Of a stretch of 64,000 nt of DNA, positions 1 through 9,573 are shown piece after piece. Position numbers and translations under genes: made by a program. Source of the DNA: Candidatus Methylomirabilia bacterium (lineage in GTDB: Bacteria; Methylomirabilota; Methylomirabilia; Rokubacteriales; CSP1-6); the NCBI GenBank assembly GCA_041496385.1, contig JBGQEL010000014.1, positions 1-64,000 of the forward strand. Direction: 5' to 3'. The notes under the pieces were generated by a model. It saw only the letters and a list, made by a program, of their open reading frames with translations. It was not told the DNA's origin and did not search any database. Numbering within the stretch: the stretch's first letter is position 1; every line of letters starts with the position of its first letter.

Positions 1-1
1 G

Positions 2-3000
2 ACCTTCAACAACACGGGCCTGACGGCGGGCACGAGCTACAGCTACCGGGTGCGGGCGACGGACGCGGCCAACAATCTCGGGGCGTACTCGAACGTGGCG
101 AGCGCGACGACGACGGCGGCAGACACGCAGCCGCCGACGGCGCCCGCGAACCTGACGGCGACGGTGATCAGCGGGAGCCAGATCAACCTGAGCTGGGCCG
201 CGGCGACGGACAACGTCGGCGTGACGGGGTACATGGTCGAGCGGTGCGCGGGGCCGGGGTGCGCGAGCTTCGCGCAGGTCGGGACGACGACCACGGCGAC
301 CGCCTACAACGACGCAGGCCTGACGGCGAGCACGAGCTACAGCTACCGCGTACGTGCGACGGACGCGGCCAACAATCTCGGGGCGTACTCGAACGTGGCG
401 AGCGCGACGACGCAGGGGACGCTCGCGGGACTGGTGGCGGCGTACGGGTTCGGCGAGGGGACGGGGACGACCGTCGCCGACGTGTCGGGGAGCGGCAACA
501 CGGGCACGATCAGCGGGGCGACGTGGACGACCGCCGGGAAGTACGGGAGCGCGCTGGCGTTCAACGGGACGAACGCGCGGATCACGATCGCCGACGCGGC
601 GTCGCTGCGGCTGACGACGGCGATGACGCTGGAAGCGTGGGTGAACCCGACGGTTCCGGCGACGGGGTGGAGCGCGGTGATCGCCAAGACCGTGGACGGA
701 TACTACCTGCTCGCGGGGTCGCCGGGCGGGATGCCGGGGGTCGGGGCGACGTTCACCGGCGGTAACCGCAACATCTTCGGGACGGCGGCGCTCGCGCTGA
801 ACGCGTGGACGCACCTGGCGGCGACGTTCGACGGGGCGACGCTGCGGCTCTACGTCAACGGCGTGCAGACGGCGAGCCTGGCGCAGACGACGCCGCTGGC
901 GACGACGACGGGGACGCTGCAGATCGGGGCGGACAGCTACGGGGAATTTTTCCAGGGCACGATTGACGAGGTGCGGATCTACAACGTGGCCCTGACCGCG
1001 GCGCAGATCCAGGCGGACATGGCCGCGCCGGTGGCACCGCCGGTGCCCGACACGCAGCCGCCGACGGCGCCGGCGAGCCTGGCCGCGACGGCGACGAGCG
1101 GCAGCCAGATCAACCTGAGCTGGGCGGCGGCGACCGACAATGTGGGCGTGACGGGATATCTCGTGGAGCGGTGCCAGCTGGCCGGCTGCGCGAGCTTCGC
1201 CCAGGTCGGGACGGCGACGACGACGACGTACAGCGACACGGGGCTGACGGGGAACACGAGCTACAGCTACCGCGTGCGGGCGACGGACGCGGCCAACAAC
1301 CTCGGGCCCTACTCGAGCGTGGCGAGCGCGACGACACCGGCGCCGGACACGACGCCGCCGACGGCGCCGACGAACCTGACGGCGACGGCCGTCAGCGGGA
1401 GCCAGATCAACCTGAGCTGGACGGCGGCGACGGACGACGTGGGGGTGTCCCTGTACCGTCTCGAGCGGTGCCAGGGCGTCGGATGCTCGGATTTCGTGAA
1501 GCTCGACTACCCGACGGGGACGACCTACAGCGACATGGGCCTGGCCTCGAACACGAGCTACTCCTACATCGTGCGCGCGTCGGACGCGGCGGGCAACCTC
1601 GGGCCGTACTCGAACGTGGCGAGCGCGACGACGCAGGGGACGGTCGCGGGGCTGGTGGCGGCCTACGCGTTCGGCGAGGGGACGGGCACGACGGTCGCGG
1701 ACTCGTCCGGGAACGGGAACACGGGGACCATCAGCGGCGCGACGTGGACGACCGCCGGGAAGTACGGGAGCGCGCTGGCGTTCAACGGGACGAACGCGCG
1801 GATCACGGTTCCGGACGCGGCGTCGCTGCGGCTGACGACGGGGATGACGCTGGAGGCGTGGGTGAACCCGACGGTCGCGCCGTCCTACTGGCGCGCGCTG
1901 ATCGCCAAGAACGCCGACGGGTACTACCTGCTGGCGGGCTCGCCGGGCGGCCTGCCGGGCGTCGGGGCGACCTTCACGAGCGGCAACCGCAACATCTTCG
2001 GGACCGCGGTGCTGGCCCTGAACACGTGGACGCACGTGGCGGCGACGTTCGACGGGGCGATGCTGCGGCTCTACCTGAACGGGGTGCAGGCGGCGAGCCA
2101 GGCGCAGACGACGCCGCTGGCGCCGACGACGGGGACGCTGCAGATCGGCGGGGACACCTACGGGGAGTTCTTCCAGGGGACGATCGACGAGGTGCGGATC
2201 TACAACGTGGCGCTGACGGCGGCCCAGATCCAGTCGGACATGAACACGCCCGTGGCGTCATCGGCGCCAGACACGCAGCCGCCGACGACGCCGGCGAACC
2301 TTACGGCGACGGCGGTGGGCGGGAGCCAGATCAACCTGACCTGGACGGCGGCGACGGACAACGTGGGGGTGACGGCGTACCTGGTCGAGCGCTGCCAGCT
2401 GGCCGGGTGCGCCACCTTCGCGCAGGTCGCGACGGCGTCGGGGACGACGTACAACGACATGGCGCTGGCGGGCAGCACGACCTACAGGTACCGGGTGCGG
2501 GCGACGGACGCGGCCAACAATCTAGGGCCCTACTCGAACGTCGCCCAGGCGGTCACGGGCTTCTCGATCACTCCGCGCGCGGCGGCGGTGACCTTCACGC
2601 AGAAGCAGCAGTTCACCGCCAGCGTCGGCGGCGCCACCTGGTCGGTCGACGGCGTCGCCGGGGGCTCGCCCTCCACGGGCACGATCACCACCACGGGGCT
2701 CTACACGCCACCGGGTGTCGTCGGCTCGCACACCGTGACGGCCACCGCGTCGGCGCAGTCGGTCAACGCGACGGTCTACGTGACCAACTTCTCGGGGAAG
2801 TTCACCCACAACAACGACAACCTCCGGACCGGGCAGAACCAGGCCGAGACGGTCCTCACGCTCAACAACGTGAACTCGGCGATCTTCGGGAAGCTCTTCT
2901 CGTACCCGCTCGACGGCATCGCCTACGCGTCGCCGCTCTACGTGGCCAGCGTGAGCATCCCGGGGCAGGGCTTCCGCAACGTCGTCTACGTGGCGACGGC

Positions 3001-4315
3001 GCACAACTCGGTGTACGCGTTCGACGCCGACGGGCTGAACGCCACGCCGTACTGGCAGGTGAGCTTCATCAATCCGGGCGCGGGGGTGACCACGGTCCCG
3101 CCGCTCGACACGGGCGAGTGCTGCGACATCACGCCCGAGATCGGGATCACGGGCACCCCGGTGATCGACCCGTCGAGCGGCACGCTGTACGTCGTCGCCA
3201 AGACGAAAGAAGTCGTCGGCTCGACGACGAACTACGTCCAGAAGCTCCACGCGCTCGACATCACGACGGGGGCCGAGAAGTTCGGCGGTCCCGTCCTGCT
3301 CCAGGCGAGCGTGCCCGGGACCGGTGCCGGAACGCTCGGCGGTCAGATCGCCTTCGACGGCCTGCGGGAGAACCAGCGACCGGCCCTGCTCCTGAGCAAC
3401 GGTGTCGTGTACCTGGGGTTCGCGAGTCACGGCGACAACTCGCCGTGGCACGGCTGGGTGCTCGGGTACAACGCGACCACGCTCCAGCGCGTGATGACCT
3501 TCAACGTCACCGCCAACAGCTACGGCGGCGGCATCTGGATGAGCGGCGGCGGTCTCGCCGCCGACGCGGCCGGCGCGATCTACTTCGTCACCGGGAACGG
3601 GGGCTTCGACGCGAACACCGGCGGCGTCGACTACGGCGACACCTTCGTGAAGCTCGGTCCGAGCGGCGCCGTGCTGGACTACTTCACCCCGCACAACCAG
3701 GCGACCCTCGAGACCCTGAATACCGACCTCGGCGCGGGCGGCCTCCTGCTGCTGCCGGACCAGCCCGGCGCCCACCCGCACATGCTGCTGAGCGCGGGCA
3801 AGGACAAGACGATCTACCTGGTGGATCGCGATACCATGGGGCACTACAACCCCAACAACGACAACCAGATCGTCCAGTCGCTCGTGAACATCTTCCCCAA
3901 CGGCACGCCGGAGCCCGGGAACTACAGCGCGCCGGTCTACTTCAACGGCACCGTCTACTTCAGTCCGATCGCGGACACGCTGCAGGCCTTCCGGTTGACC
4001 AACGGCCTGCTGTCCACGGCCCCCGTGTCCCAGTCCGCCCAGCAGTATGTCTATCCGGGCGGAACGCTGGCGATCTCGGCGAACGGCAGCAGCAACGGCA
4101 TCCTGTGGGCGGTGCAACGGAACGGCGCGACGAGCCCCGGTGTCTTCCGCGCCTACGACGCGGCCAATCTCGGCAGTGAGCTGTACAACAGCAGCCAGGC
4201 CGGATCACGGGACGCGCTGGACGTCGGCGCCAAGTTCAGCATTCCGCTCGTGGCGAACGGCAAGGTCTTCGTCACCTCATCGAGCCGGCTGACGGTGTAC
4301 GGGCTCCTGCCGTAA
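2..4315 (+). CDS. Large extracellular repeat protein (5'-truncated): FN3 repeats + two LamG/ConA-like domains + Ig-like domain + C-terminal PQQ-like beta-propeller
   Basis: Frame open from window edge; four DT(Q/T)PPT(A/T)P...W.AATD.VGV..Y..ERC...YRVRA FN3 units, two GLVAAY.FGEG...WTH.AATFDG...G.IDEVRIYN LamG units, C-terminal LFSYPLDG.AYASPLY / GITGTPVID / GGIW.SG propeller motifs. Confidence 0.85.
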   Translation, partial: TFNNTGLTAGTSYSYRVRATDAANNLGAYSNVASATTTAADTQPPTAPANLTATVISGSQINLSWAAATDNVGVTGYMVERCAGPGCASFAQVGTTTTATAYNDAGLTASTSYSYRVRATDAANNLGAYSNVASATTQGTLAGLVAAYGFGEGTGTTVADVSGSGNTGTISGATWTTAGKYGSALAFNGTNARITIADAASLRLTTAMTLEAWVNPTVPATGWSAVIAKTVDGYYLLAGSPGGMPGVGATFTGGNRNIFGTAALALNAWTHLAATFDGATLRLYVNGVQTASLAQTTPLATTTGTLQIGADSYGEFFQGTIDEVRIYNVALTAAQIQADMAAPVAPPVPDTQPPTAPASLAATATSGSQINLSWAAATDNVGVTGYLVERCQLAGCASFAQVGTATTTTYSDTGLTGNTSYSYRVRATDAANNLGPYSSVASATTPAPDTTPPTAPTNLTATAVSGSQINLSWTAATDDVGVSLYRLERCQGVGCSDFVKLDYPTGTTYSDMGLASNTSYSYIVRASDAAGNLGPYSNVASATTQGTVAGLVAAYAFGEGTGTTVADSSGNGNTGTISGATWTTAGKYGSALAFNGTNARITVPDAASLRLTTGMTLEAWVNPTVAPSYWRALIAKNADGYYLLAGSPGGLPGVGATFTSGNRNIFGTAVLALNTWTHVAATFDGAMLRLYLNGVQAASQAQTTPLAPTTGTLQIGGDTYGEFFQGTIDEVRIYNVALTAAQIQSDMNTPVASSAPDTQPPTTPANLTATAVGGSQINLTWTAATDNVGVTAYLVERCQLAGCATFAQVATASGTTYNDMALAGSTTYRYRVRATDAANNLGPYSNVAQAVTGFSITPRAAAVTFTQKQQFTASVGGATWSVDGVAGGSPSTGTITTTGLYTPPGVVGSHTVTATASAQSVNATVYVTNFSGKFTHNNDNLRTGQNQAETVLTLNNVNSAIFGKLFSYPLDGIAYASPLYVASVSIPGQGFRNVVYVATAHNSVYAFDADGLNATPYWQVSFINPGAGVTTVPPLDTGECCDITPEIGITGTPVIDPSSGTLYVVAKTKEVVGSTTNYVQKLHALDITTGAEKFGGPVLLQASVPGTGAGTLGGQIAFDGLRENQRPALLLSNGVVYLGFASHGDNSPWHGWVLGYNATTLQRVMTFNVTANSYGGGIWMSGGGLAADAAGAIYFVTGNGGFDANTGGVDYGDTFVKLGPSGAVLDYFTPHNQATLETLNTDLGAGGLLLLPDQPGAHPHMLLSAGKDKTIYLVDRDTMGHYNPNNDNQIVQSLVNIFPNGTPEPGNYSAPVYFNGTVYFSPIADTLQAFRLTNGLLSTAPVSQSAQQYVYPGGTLAISANGSSNGILWAVQRNGATSPGVFRAYDAANLGSELYNSSQAGSRDALDVGAKFSIPLVANGKVFVTSSSRLTVYGLLP
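122..2550 (+). repeat. Intragenic near-identical DNA repeats (FN3 units starting ~122, 1049, 1346, 2270; LamG units ~430-1030 and ~1650-2250)
   Basis: Long identical stretches, e.g. gacgtggacgaccgccgggaagtacgggagcgcgctggcgttcaacgggacgaacgcgcggatcacg at ~520 and ~1741. Confidence 0.9.
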
Positions 4316-4356
4316 ACGCGGGGCCGCCAGCGTGCCGCTGACGCCGGAGGTATCGC

Positions 4357-4410
4357 GCCCCGGGGTCGCTCCGGCCCCGGGGCCCTCGCTCCGTCCGTTC
4401 TCTTCTTTTC
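4357..4410 (+). terminator. Possible terminator hairpin after the surface-protein gene
   Basis: gccccgggg (4357-4365) pairs with ccccggggc (4375-4383); a pyrimidine/T-rich tract follows ~15 nt later. Confidence 0.35.
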
Positions 4411-4444
4411 CCCCGCCTTAAACTTCGGGGTCCTCGCACCCGGG

Positions 4445-4453
4445 TGATACGAT
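4445..4453 (+). promoter_or_regulatory. Extended -10 promoter for rnj-ftsK
   Basis: TGaTACGAT upstream of AAGGAG RBS and GTG start. Confidence 0.45.
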
Positions 4454-4480
4454 GAAACGGCCGTCAGGAAAGGAGTTTTC

Positions 4481-6136
4481 GTGGAACCCTCGGTGCGCCT
4501 CATTCCCCTGGGCGGGCTCGGCGAGATCGGCCTCAACATGATGCTGGTCGAGTCAGGCGACGAGCTGGTCGCCGTCGACTGCGGCCTCATGTTCCCCGAC
4601 GACGAGCTGCCCGGCATCGACCACGTGATCCCCGATTTCTCCTACGCGCTCGCCAAGCGCGACGGCTTCCGCGCGGTCCTCCTGACGCACGGCCACGAGG
4701 ACCACATCGGCGCGCTCCCGTATCTCCTGCGCGCGGCGCGCGTGCCCGTCTACGGCACGCCGCTGACGCTGGCGCTCGTCGGCGAGCGCCTGCGCGAGCA
4801 CGGCCTCCTCGACGGCGCCGATCTCCGGCCGATCCGGCCGCGCGAGCGCTTCGACGTCGGCCCCTTCGGCGTCGAGCCGATCCGCGTGACGCACTCGATC
4901 GTCGACGGCATCGGGCTCGCCATCGAGACGCCGGTCGGGACGATCGTCCACACGGGCGACTTCAAGCTCGACCCGAGCCCGCTCGACGGCCAGACGCCCG
5001 ACTATCGGCGCTTCGCCGAGCTGGGCGAGCAGGGCGTCCTCGTCCTCTGCTCGGACTCGACGAACGTGGACCGGCCCGGGTACACGCGCTCGGAGGTCGA
5101 GGTGGGCCAGGCGCTCGAGGCGCGGTTCGCGCGCGCGGCGGGGCGGGTGATGGTCGCCACCTTCGCCTCGCACATCCACCGGATCCAGCAGGTGCTGACG
5201 CTCGCGGCGCGCCACCACCGGCGCGTCGCGCTGCTCGGCATGAGCATGCTGAAGAACGTGACGATCGCCGCCGACCTCGGCTATCTCCACGTTCCCGAGG
5301 GCATCCTGCTCCCGCTCGAGGAGCTGGCGGGGCTGCCGCCCGAGCGCCAGGTGATCCTCTCGACGGGGAGCCAGGGCGAGCCCCACTCGGCGCTCGCCCT
5401 CATGGCCACCGGCGAGCACAAGTACGTGCAGGTGTTGCCGGGCGATCTCGTGATCATCTCGGCGCGCGTGATCCCCGGCCATGAGCGCACGATCGGCCGT
5501 GTGGTAAACGCGCTCTACCGGCTCGGTGCCGAGGTGCTCTACGAGGACAACGCCTTCGTCCACGTCTCCGGCCACGCGAGCCAGGAAGACCTCAAGCTCA
5601 TGCTGAATCTGACGCGCCCCCGATATTTCATTCCGGTCCACGGCGAGTACCGGCACTTGCTCGGCCACGCGCGGCTCGCCGAGGGCGTCGGGATCGAGCC
5701 CGACCACATCTTCCTCATCGAGGACGGGACAGCCCTCGAGGTCACGAAGACGTCGGCGCGCGCGGTCGGCGGCTTTCCCGCGGGCCGCGTGCTCGTGGAC
5801 GGCAAGTCGGTCGGCGACGTGGGCGCCGTCGTCCTGCGCGACCGCCAGCTCCTCGCCGAGGACGGCTTCGTCGCCGTCGCGGTCACCGTGAACCGCGCGG
5901 GCGCCGTCGTGGCGGGGCCCGAGATCGCCTCGCGCGGCTTCGTCTACGTCGACGAGAGTCGGGAGCTGCTCGAGGAGATGAAGCGCGCCGTCCTGGCGGC
6001 CCTCGCCGAGGACGAGCCCGGTCCGACGTTCGACCGCGACGTCGCGAGCGCGCGCGTGCGCACCGCCGTCCGGCAGTTCATCAACCAGCGGTTCCGTCGC
6101 AAGCCGGTCGTGCTCCCGATCATTCTGGAGGTCTGA
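4481..6136 (+). CDS. rnj: Ribonuclease J
   Basis: IPLGGLGEIG, THGHEDHIG, HTGDFK, HVSGHA, PVHGEYRH motifs. Confidence 0.95.
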   Translation: MEPSVRLIPLGGLGEIGLNMMLVESGDELVAVDCGLMFPDDELPGIDHVIPDFSYALAKRDGFRAVLLTHGHEDHIGALPYLLRAARVPVYGTPLTLALVGERLREHGLLDGADLRPIRPRERFDVGPFGVEPIRVTHSIVDGIGLAIETPVGTIVHTGDFKLDPSPLDGQTPDYRRFAELGEQGVLVLCSDSTNVDRPGYTRSEVEVGQALEARFARAAGRVMVATFASHIHRIQQVLTLAARHHRRVALLGMSMLKNVTIAADLGYLHVPEGILLPLEELAGLPPERQVILSTGSQGEPHSALALMATGEHKYVQVLPGDLVIISARVIPGHERTIGRVVNALYRLGAEVLYEDNAFVHVSGHASQEDLKLMLNLTRPRYFIPVHGEYRHLLGHARLAEGVGIEPDHIFLIEDGTALEVTKTSARAVGGFPAGRVLVDGKSVGDVGAVVLRDRQLLAEDGFVAVAVTVNRAGAVVAGPEIASRGFVYVDESRELLEEMKRAVLAALAEDEPGPTFDRDVASARVRTAVRQFINQRFRRKPVVLPIILEV

Positions 6137-8316
6137 TGGCGACGCTCGTGTCCGCGGACGACAAGCCCGAGCCCCGGCCGCGCCCCCGAAGGAGGAAGGG
6201 CGGCGACCGCTGGCGCGGCGAGGTGAAGGGCCTCCTGGCTCTCGCGGGCGCGGGCTTCCTGCTACTGGCGCTGGCCACGTTCCAGCCGGCCGTGCCGCCG
6301 GGCCAGCAGTCGAGCCCCGTCGGGCCCGTCGGCGTCTGGCTCGCCTGGGTCAGCTTCCGGTCCTTCGGCCACGCGGGCTTCTTCTTCCCCATCCTGATAG
6401 CGGCCTGGGGAGCCTCGGTCTTCATGCGGCCCGTCGTCGCGCGCGGCTGGGGTCCCCTCGCCGGCCTCGGTCTGCTGCTCGCGTCCGCCACAGGCCTCCT
6501 CGCCCAGGCCGCGGAGAATGGCGGGCTCGTCGGCCACGGGCTGGCCACCGCGCTCCGCGCGGGCGTCGGCAACGCCGGCGCCTGGATGGTCCTCGCCGTC
6601 GCCGTGCCCGTCGGCGTCCTCATGGTGACGCGCGTCTCCTACGCGGCGCTGCTGCGCCTGCTTTCGGCGCGGCTCGCGCGGCTCCGCCGCGGGAAGCCCG
6701 CGCGCGGCCTGGCGCCGCGCGGCGCCGCCGCGACCGCAGCGCTCATGCCCGTTGCGCACGCGGCCGCGATCGCCGGCGAGATCCCGCCGGCGGAGGTCGC
6801 GGCGCCGCCGCCGCTCGTCGTCGAGCCCTCGCGGCCGCGCGGGCGGCTCGCCGAGCAGGGGCTCGCCTGGCAGGAGACGTTCGACTTCGGCACGGGCGGC
6901 GCCGAGTCGTTCCAGCTCCCGCCCGTCGGCCTGCTCAAGGCGCCCCCGGCGTCCGAGCTCAAGCAGACGCGCGAGGAGCTGCAGGAGAACGCCGAGACGA
7001 TCCGCAAGCGGCTGCAGGAGTTCGAGGTCGAGGGGCGCATCGTCCAGGTGAGCCCGGGCCCGATCATCACCGCGTACGAGTTCGAGCCCGCGCCCGGGAT
7101 CAAGGTGAGCCAGGTCGTGAACCTCGCCGACGATCTGGCGCTCTCGCTCAAGTCCGCCTCGGTGCGCATCGTCGGGCCGATCCCGGGGCGCGGCACCGTC
7201 GCCATCGAGGTACCGAACGACGAGGCGGGCACGGTCTACCTGCGCGAGATCTTCGTCTCGGCCGAGTTCGCCGAATCCAAGGGCAAGCTGCCGCTGGCGC
7301 TCGGCAAGGACGTCAACGGCACGCCCGTGGTCGGCGACCTCACCGCGATGCCGCACCTGCTCGTGGCGGGCGCGACGGGCAGCGGCAAGTCCGTCGGGCT
7401 CAACTCGATGATCTGCTCGATCCTCTACAAGGCGACGCCGGCCGACGTGCGCTTCCTCCTGATCGACCCCAAGCGTCTCGAGCTCAGTGTCTACGAGGGC
7501 ATTCCGCACCTCCTGGCGCCCGTCGTCACCGACGCCAAGGAGGCGGCGGCGCGTCTGCGCTGGATCGTCGGCAAGATGGACGAGCGCTACAAGCTGCTGC
7601 AGGCCAAGCAGGTGCGCAACATCGAGGGCTACAACAAGGCCGTCGCGTTCGAGGAGCGGCTGCCCTTCTGGGTCGTCGTCGTGGACGAGCTGGCCGACCT
7701 CATGATGGTCTCGGCGGGCGAGGTGCAGACCTCGCTGGTGCGGCTGGCGCAGATCGCGCGCGCGGTCGGCATCCACCTGATCATCGCGACGCAGCGGCCC
7801 TCCGTGGACGTCGTGACCGGCCTGATCAAGGCGAACTTCCCGACGCGCATCGCGTTCCAGGTGGCGTCCAAGGTCGATTCGCGAACGGTGCTCGACGGGA
7901 ACGGCGCCGAGCAGCTGCTCGGGCGCGGCGACATGATCTTCGTCCCGCCGGGGGCGAACAAGCAGATGCGCGTCCACGGCGCGTGGGTCGCCGACGAGGA
8001 AGTCCGCGCGGTCTGCGACTTCCTTCGCAAGCAGGGGACGGCGGTCTACGAGGAGGTCGTGCTCGCCACCGAGGACGAGGTGGTCGAGGGCGCCACCGCC
8101 GAGCGCGACGGCCTCTACTGGGACGCCGTCCACCTCGTCATCGGCCAGCGCCAGGGGTCCATCTCGTTCCTGCAGCGCCGCATGCGCCTGGGCTACCCGA
8201 AGGCCGCGCGCTTCATCGACATGATGGAGCAGGATCGGATCATCGGCCCCGGCGACGGCGCCAAGCCGCGCGAAGTGCTGGTCGGTCCCGAGTATCTCGC
8301 CAAGCGCGGGAAGTAG
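6136..8316 (+). CDS. ftsK: DNA translocase FtsK/SpoIIIE
   Basis: N-terminal TM segments, Walker A GATGSGKS, VVDELADLMM, ATQRPSVDV, gamma domain SISFLQRRMRLGY. Confidence 0.95.
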   Translation: MATLVSADDKPEPRPRPRRRKGGDRWRGEVKGLLALAGAGFLLLALATFQPAVPPGQQSSPVGPVGVWLAWVSFRSFGHAGFFFPILIAAWGASVFMRPVVARGWGPLAGLGLLLASATGLLAQAAENGGLVGHGLATALRAGVGNAGAWMVLAVAVPVGVLMVTRVSYAALLRLLSARLARLRRGKPARGLAPRGAAATAALMPVAHAAAIAGEIPPAEVAAPPPLVVEPSRPRGRLAEQGLAWQETFDFGTGGAESFQLPPVGLLKAPPASELKQTREELQENAETIRKRLQEFEVEGRIVQVSPGPIITAYEFEPAPGIKVSQVVNLADDLALSLKSASVRIVGPIPGRGTVAIEVPNDEAGTVYLREIFVSAEFAESKGKLPLALGKDVNGTPVVGDLTAMPHLLVAGATGSGKSVGLNSMICSILYKATPADVRFLLIDPKRLELSVYEGIPHLLAPVVTDAKEAAARLRWIVGKMDERYKLLQAKQVRNIEGYNKAVAFEERLPFWVVVVDELADLMMVSAGEVQTSLVRLAQIARAVGIHLIIATQRPSVDVVTGLIKANFPTRIAFQVASKVDSRTVLDGNGAEQLLGRGDMIFVPPGANKQMRVHGAWVADEEVRAVCDFLRKQGTAVYEEVVLATEDEVVEGATAERDGLYWDAVHLVIGQRQGSISFLQRRMRLGYPKAARFIDMMEQDRIIGPGDGAKPREVLVGPEYLAKRGK

Positions 8317-8362
8317 CGGCCGCGCGGCCGGCCGCGCGCGGCCGGCATGCTATCGTCGTCGC

Positions 8363-8881
8363 GTGCCTCGCGGGCGAATTCTGCTGTCCGTTCTCGCGGG
8401 AATTCTGGGCGCCTGGGCGCTCGTCGCCTCCGCGCAGGAGCTGGCCGAGGTCACGCGCCCGTGCAGGCCGGCCGACCTGATCGGCGCCTGGGAGGTGATC
8501 CGCGTCGGCACGGCGCCCGGGGTCCGCATCGACCGGAGCGACCCGGCCTTCTACCCCTTCCAGCGCTACGTCTTCGCCACGGACGCGACCGTGCGCCACC
8601 TCACCTCGGAGACGAAGATCACGAACGCCGACCATCGCGCCCTGCTCGCCGTGGCCGCGCCCTGGACGTGGGCGGTGGACGCCAACGGGCGCCTGTTGCT
8701 CTTGCGCGAGGGCCAGGCCACGCTCGACCGGAGCGCCTGCCTCGTGCTCGTGAAGGAGGTCGTGGACCCGCGGAGCCGCTCGCGCTCGAGACCCGGAGAC
8801 CTGCTGCTGACGCACATCGACACGGACGACCGGCCGCTCTACCGTCGCCAGCTCCGGAAGCTCGAGGCTCTCGGAGAGTAG
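8363..8881 (+). CDS. Secreted hypothetical protein, possibly lipocalin-like beta-barrel
   Basis: Signal peptide (ASA|Q), LIGAWEV motif; TGcTATCGT 6 nt upstream of GTG. Confidence 0.6.
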   Translation: MPRGRILLSVLAGILGAWALVASAQELAEVTRPCRPADLIGAWEVIRVGTAPGVRIDRSDPAFYPFQRYVFATDATVRHLTSETKITNADHRALLAVAAPWTWAVDANGRLLLLREGQATLDRSACLVLVKEVVDPRSRSRSRPGDLLLTHIDTDDRPLYRRQLRKLEALGE

Positions 8882-8885
8882 GGGG

Positions 8886-9521
8886 CTAGGTCCGAAGCGG
8901 CTCGGCGGGCGCGGCCGGCTCGGCGGGCTCGGCCGCCGGGGCGGTGCGCCAGGGCATCGTGGCCGCCAGCCACCGGAAGGCCACTGGCTGCTCCGCCAGC
9001 GCGAGTGCCTCGTGCGCCGCGGCGAGCGTTTCGCTGAGCCGCGTGTCCTCGGGCGCCAGCTCGACGCCGCGCTGGAGGCAGGCGACCGCACGGCAGAGCG
9101 TCCTCACGCGGCTGTCGGCGGCGGGGTTGGGCTCCTCCAGCGCGCTCGCGAGGAGCGCCCGGCCGACCCGCAGCGCTACGGCCGGGCGATCCTCGATGGG
9201 GACGATCTCCGCCCGGGCCGGGGGCTCGAGCGGCGCCGCGACGATCGGGACGGGGTCGGCGGGAGGGTCCGGGGGAAGGCTCACGGGATCGGCCGGCAGA
9301 CTCACCGGTTCAACAGGCAGACTCACCGGTTCGACCGGAACGCTCGCCGCGGCGACGGGAAGACCAGGGGGATCGGCGGCGAGACTCGCCGTGCCAGCGG
9401 GGTGACCGGTACGGCGCGGACGGGTCGGCCAGAGCAGCTCCAGGGTGCCGAGGACGAGGAAGCCGCACGCGACGAGCGTCGCGAGCAGGAGGGCGACTTC
9501 TTCCCTCAGCAGCGACTCCAC
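8886..9521 (-). CDS. Membrane-anchored hypothetical protein with Pro-rich heptapeptide repeats and TPR-like C-terminal helices
   Basis: N-terminal TM helix, PVEPVSL repeats, AVACLQRGVELAP helix pattern. Confidence 0.55.
   Translation of the reverse strand: MESLLREEVALLLATLVACGFLVLGTLELLWPTRPRRTGHPAGTASLAADPPGLPVAAASVPVEPVSLPVEPVSLPADPVSLPPDPPADPVPIVAAPLEPPARAEIVPIEDRPAVALRVGRALLASALEEPNPAADSRVRTLCRAVACLQRGVELAPEDTRLSETLAAAHEALALAEQPVAFRWLAATMPWRTAPAAEPAEPAAPAEPLRT
9274..9339 (-). repeat. 21-bp tandem repeat x3 (PVEPVSL/PVEPVSL/PADPVSL)
   Basis: ggcagactcaccggttc(a/g)ac at 9295 and 9316, degenerate copy at 9274. Confidence 0.8.
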
Positions 9522-9573
9522 GGTCCTACTCTGGACCCGCCCTCCCGCCCGCGCGAAGAAAATTCGGCGCTAC

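Noticed and set aside
122..2550. Regularly spaced DNA repeats as possible CRISPR or DGR template/variable repeats
   Set aside because: They are in-frame protein domain repeats of 300-600 bp; differences are not adenine-specific and no RT or cas genes are present
1171..4179. 1002-aa alternative-frame ORF and other long shadow ORFs (e.g. 46620-50762, 43082-46045, 28677-31172 N-part, 26135-28645)
   Set aside because: Arg/Gly/Ala-rich off-frame or antisense readings of real genes; expected in high-GC DNA with few stops
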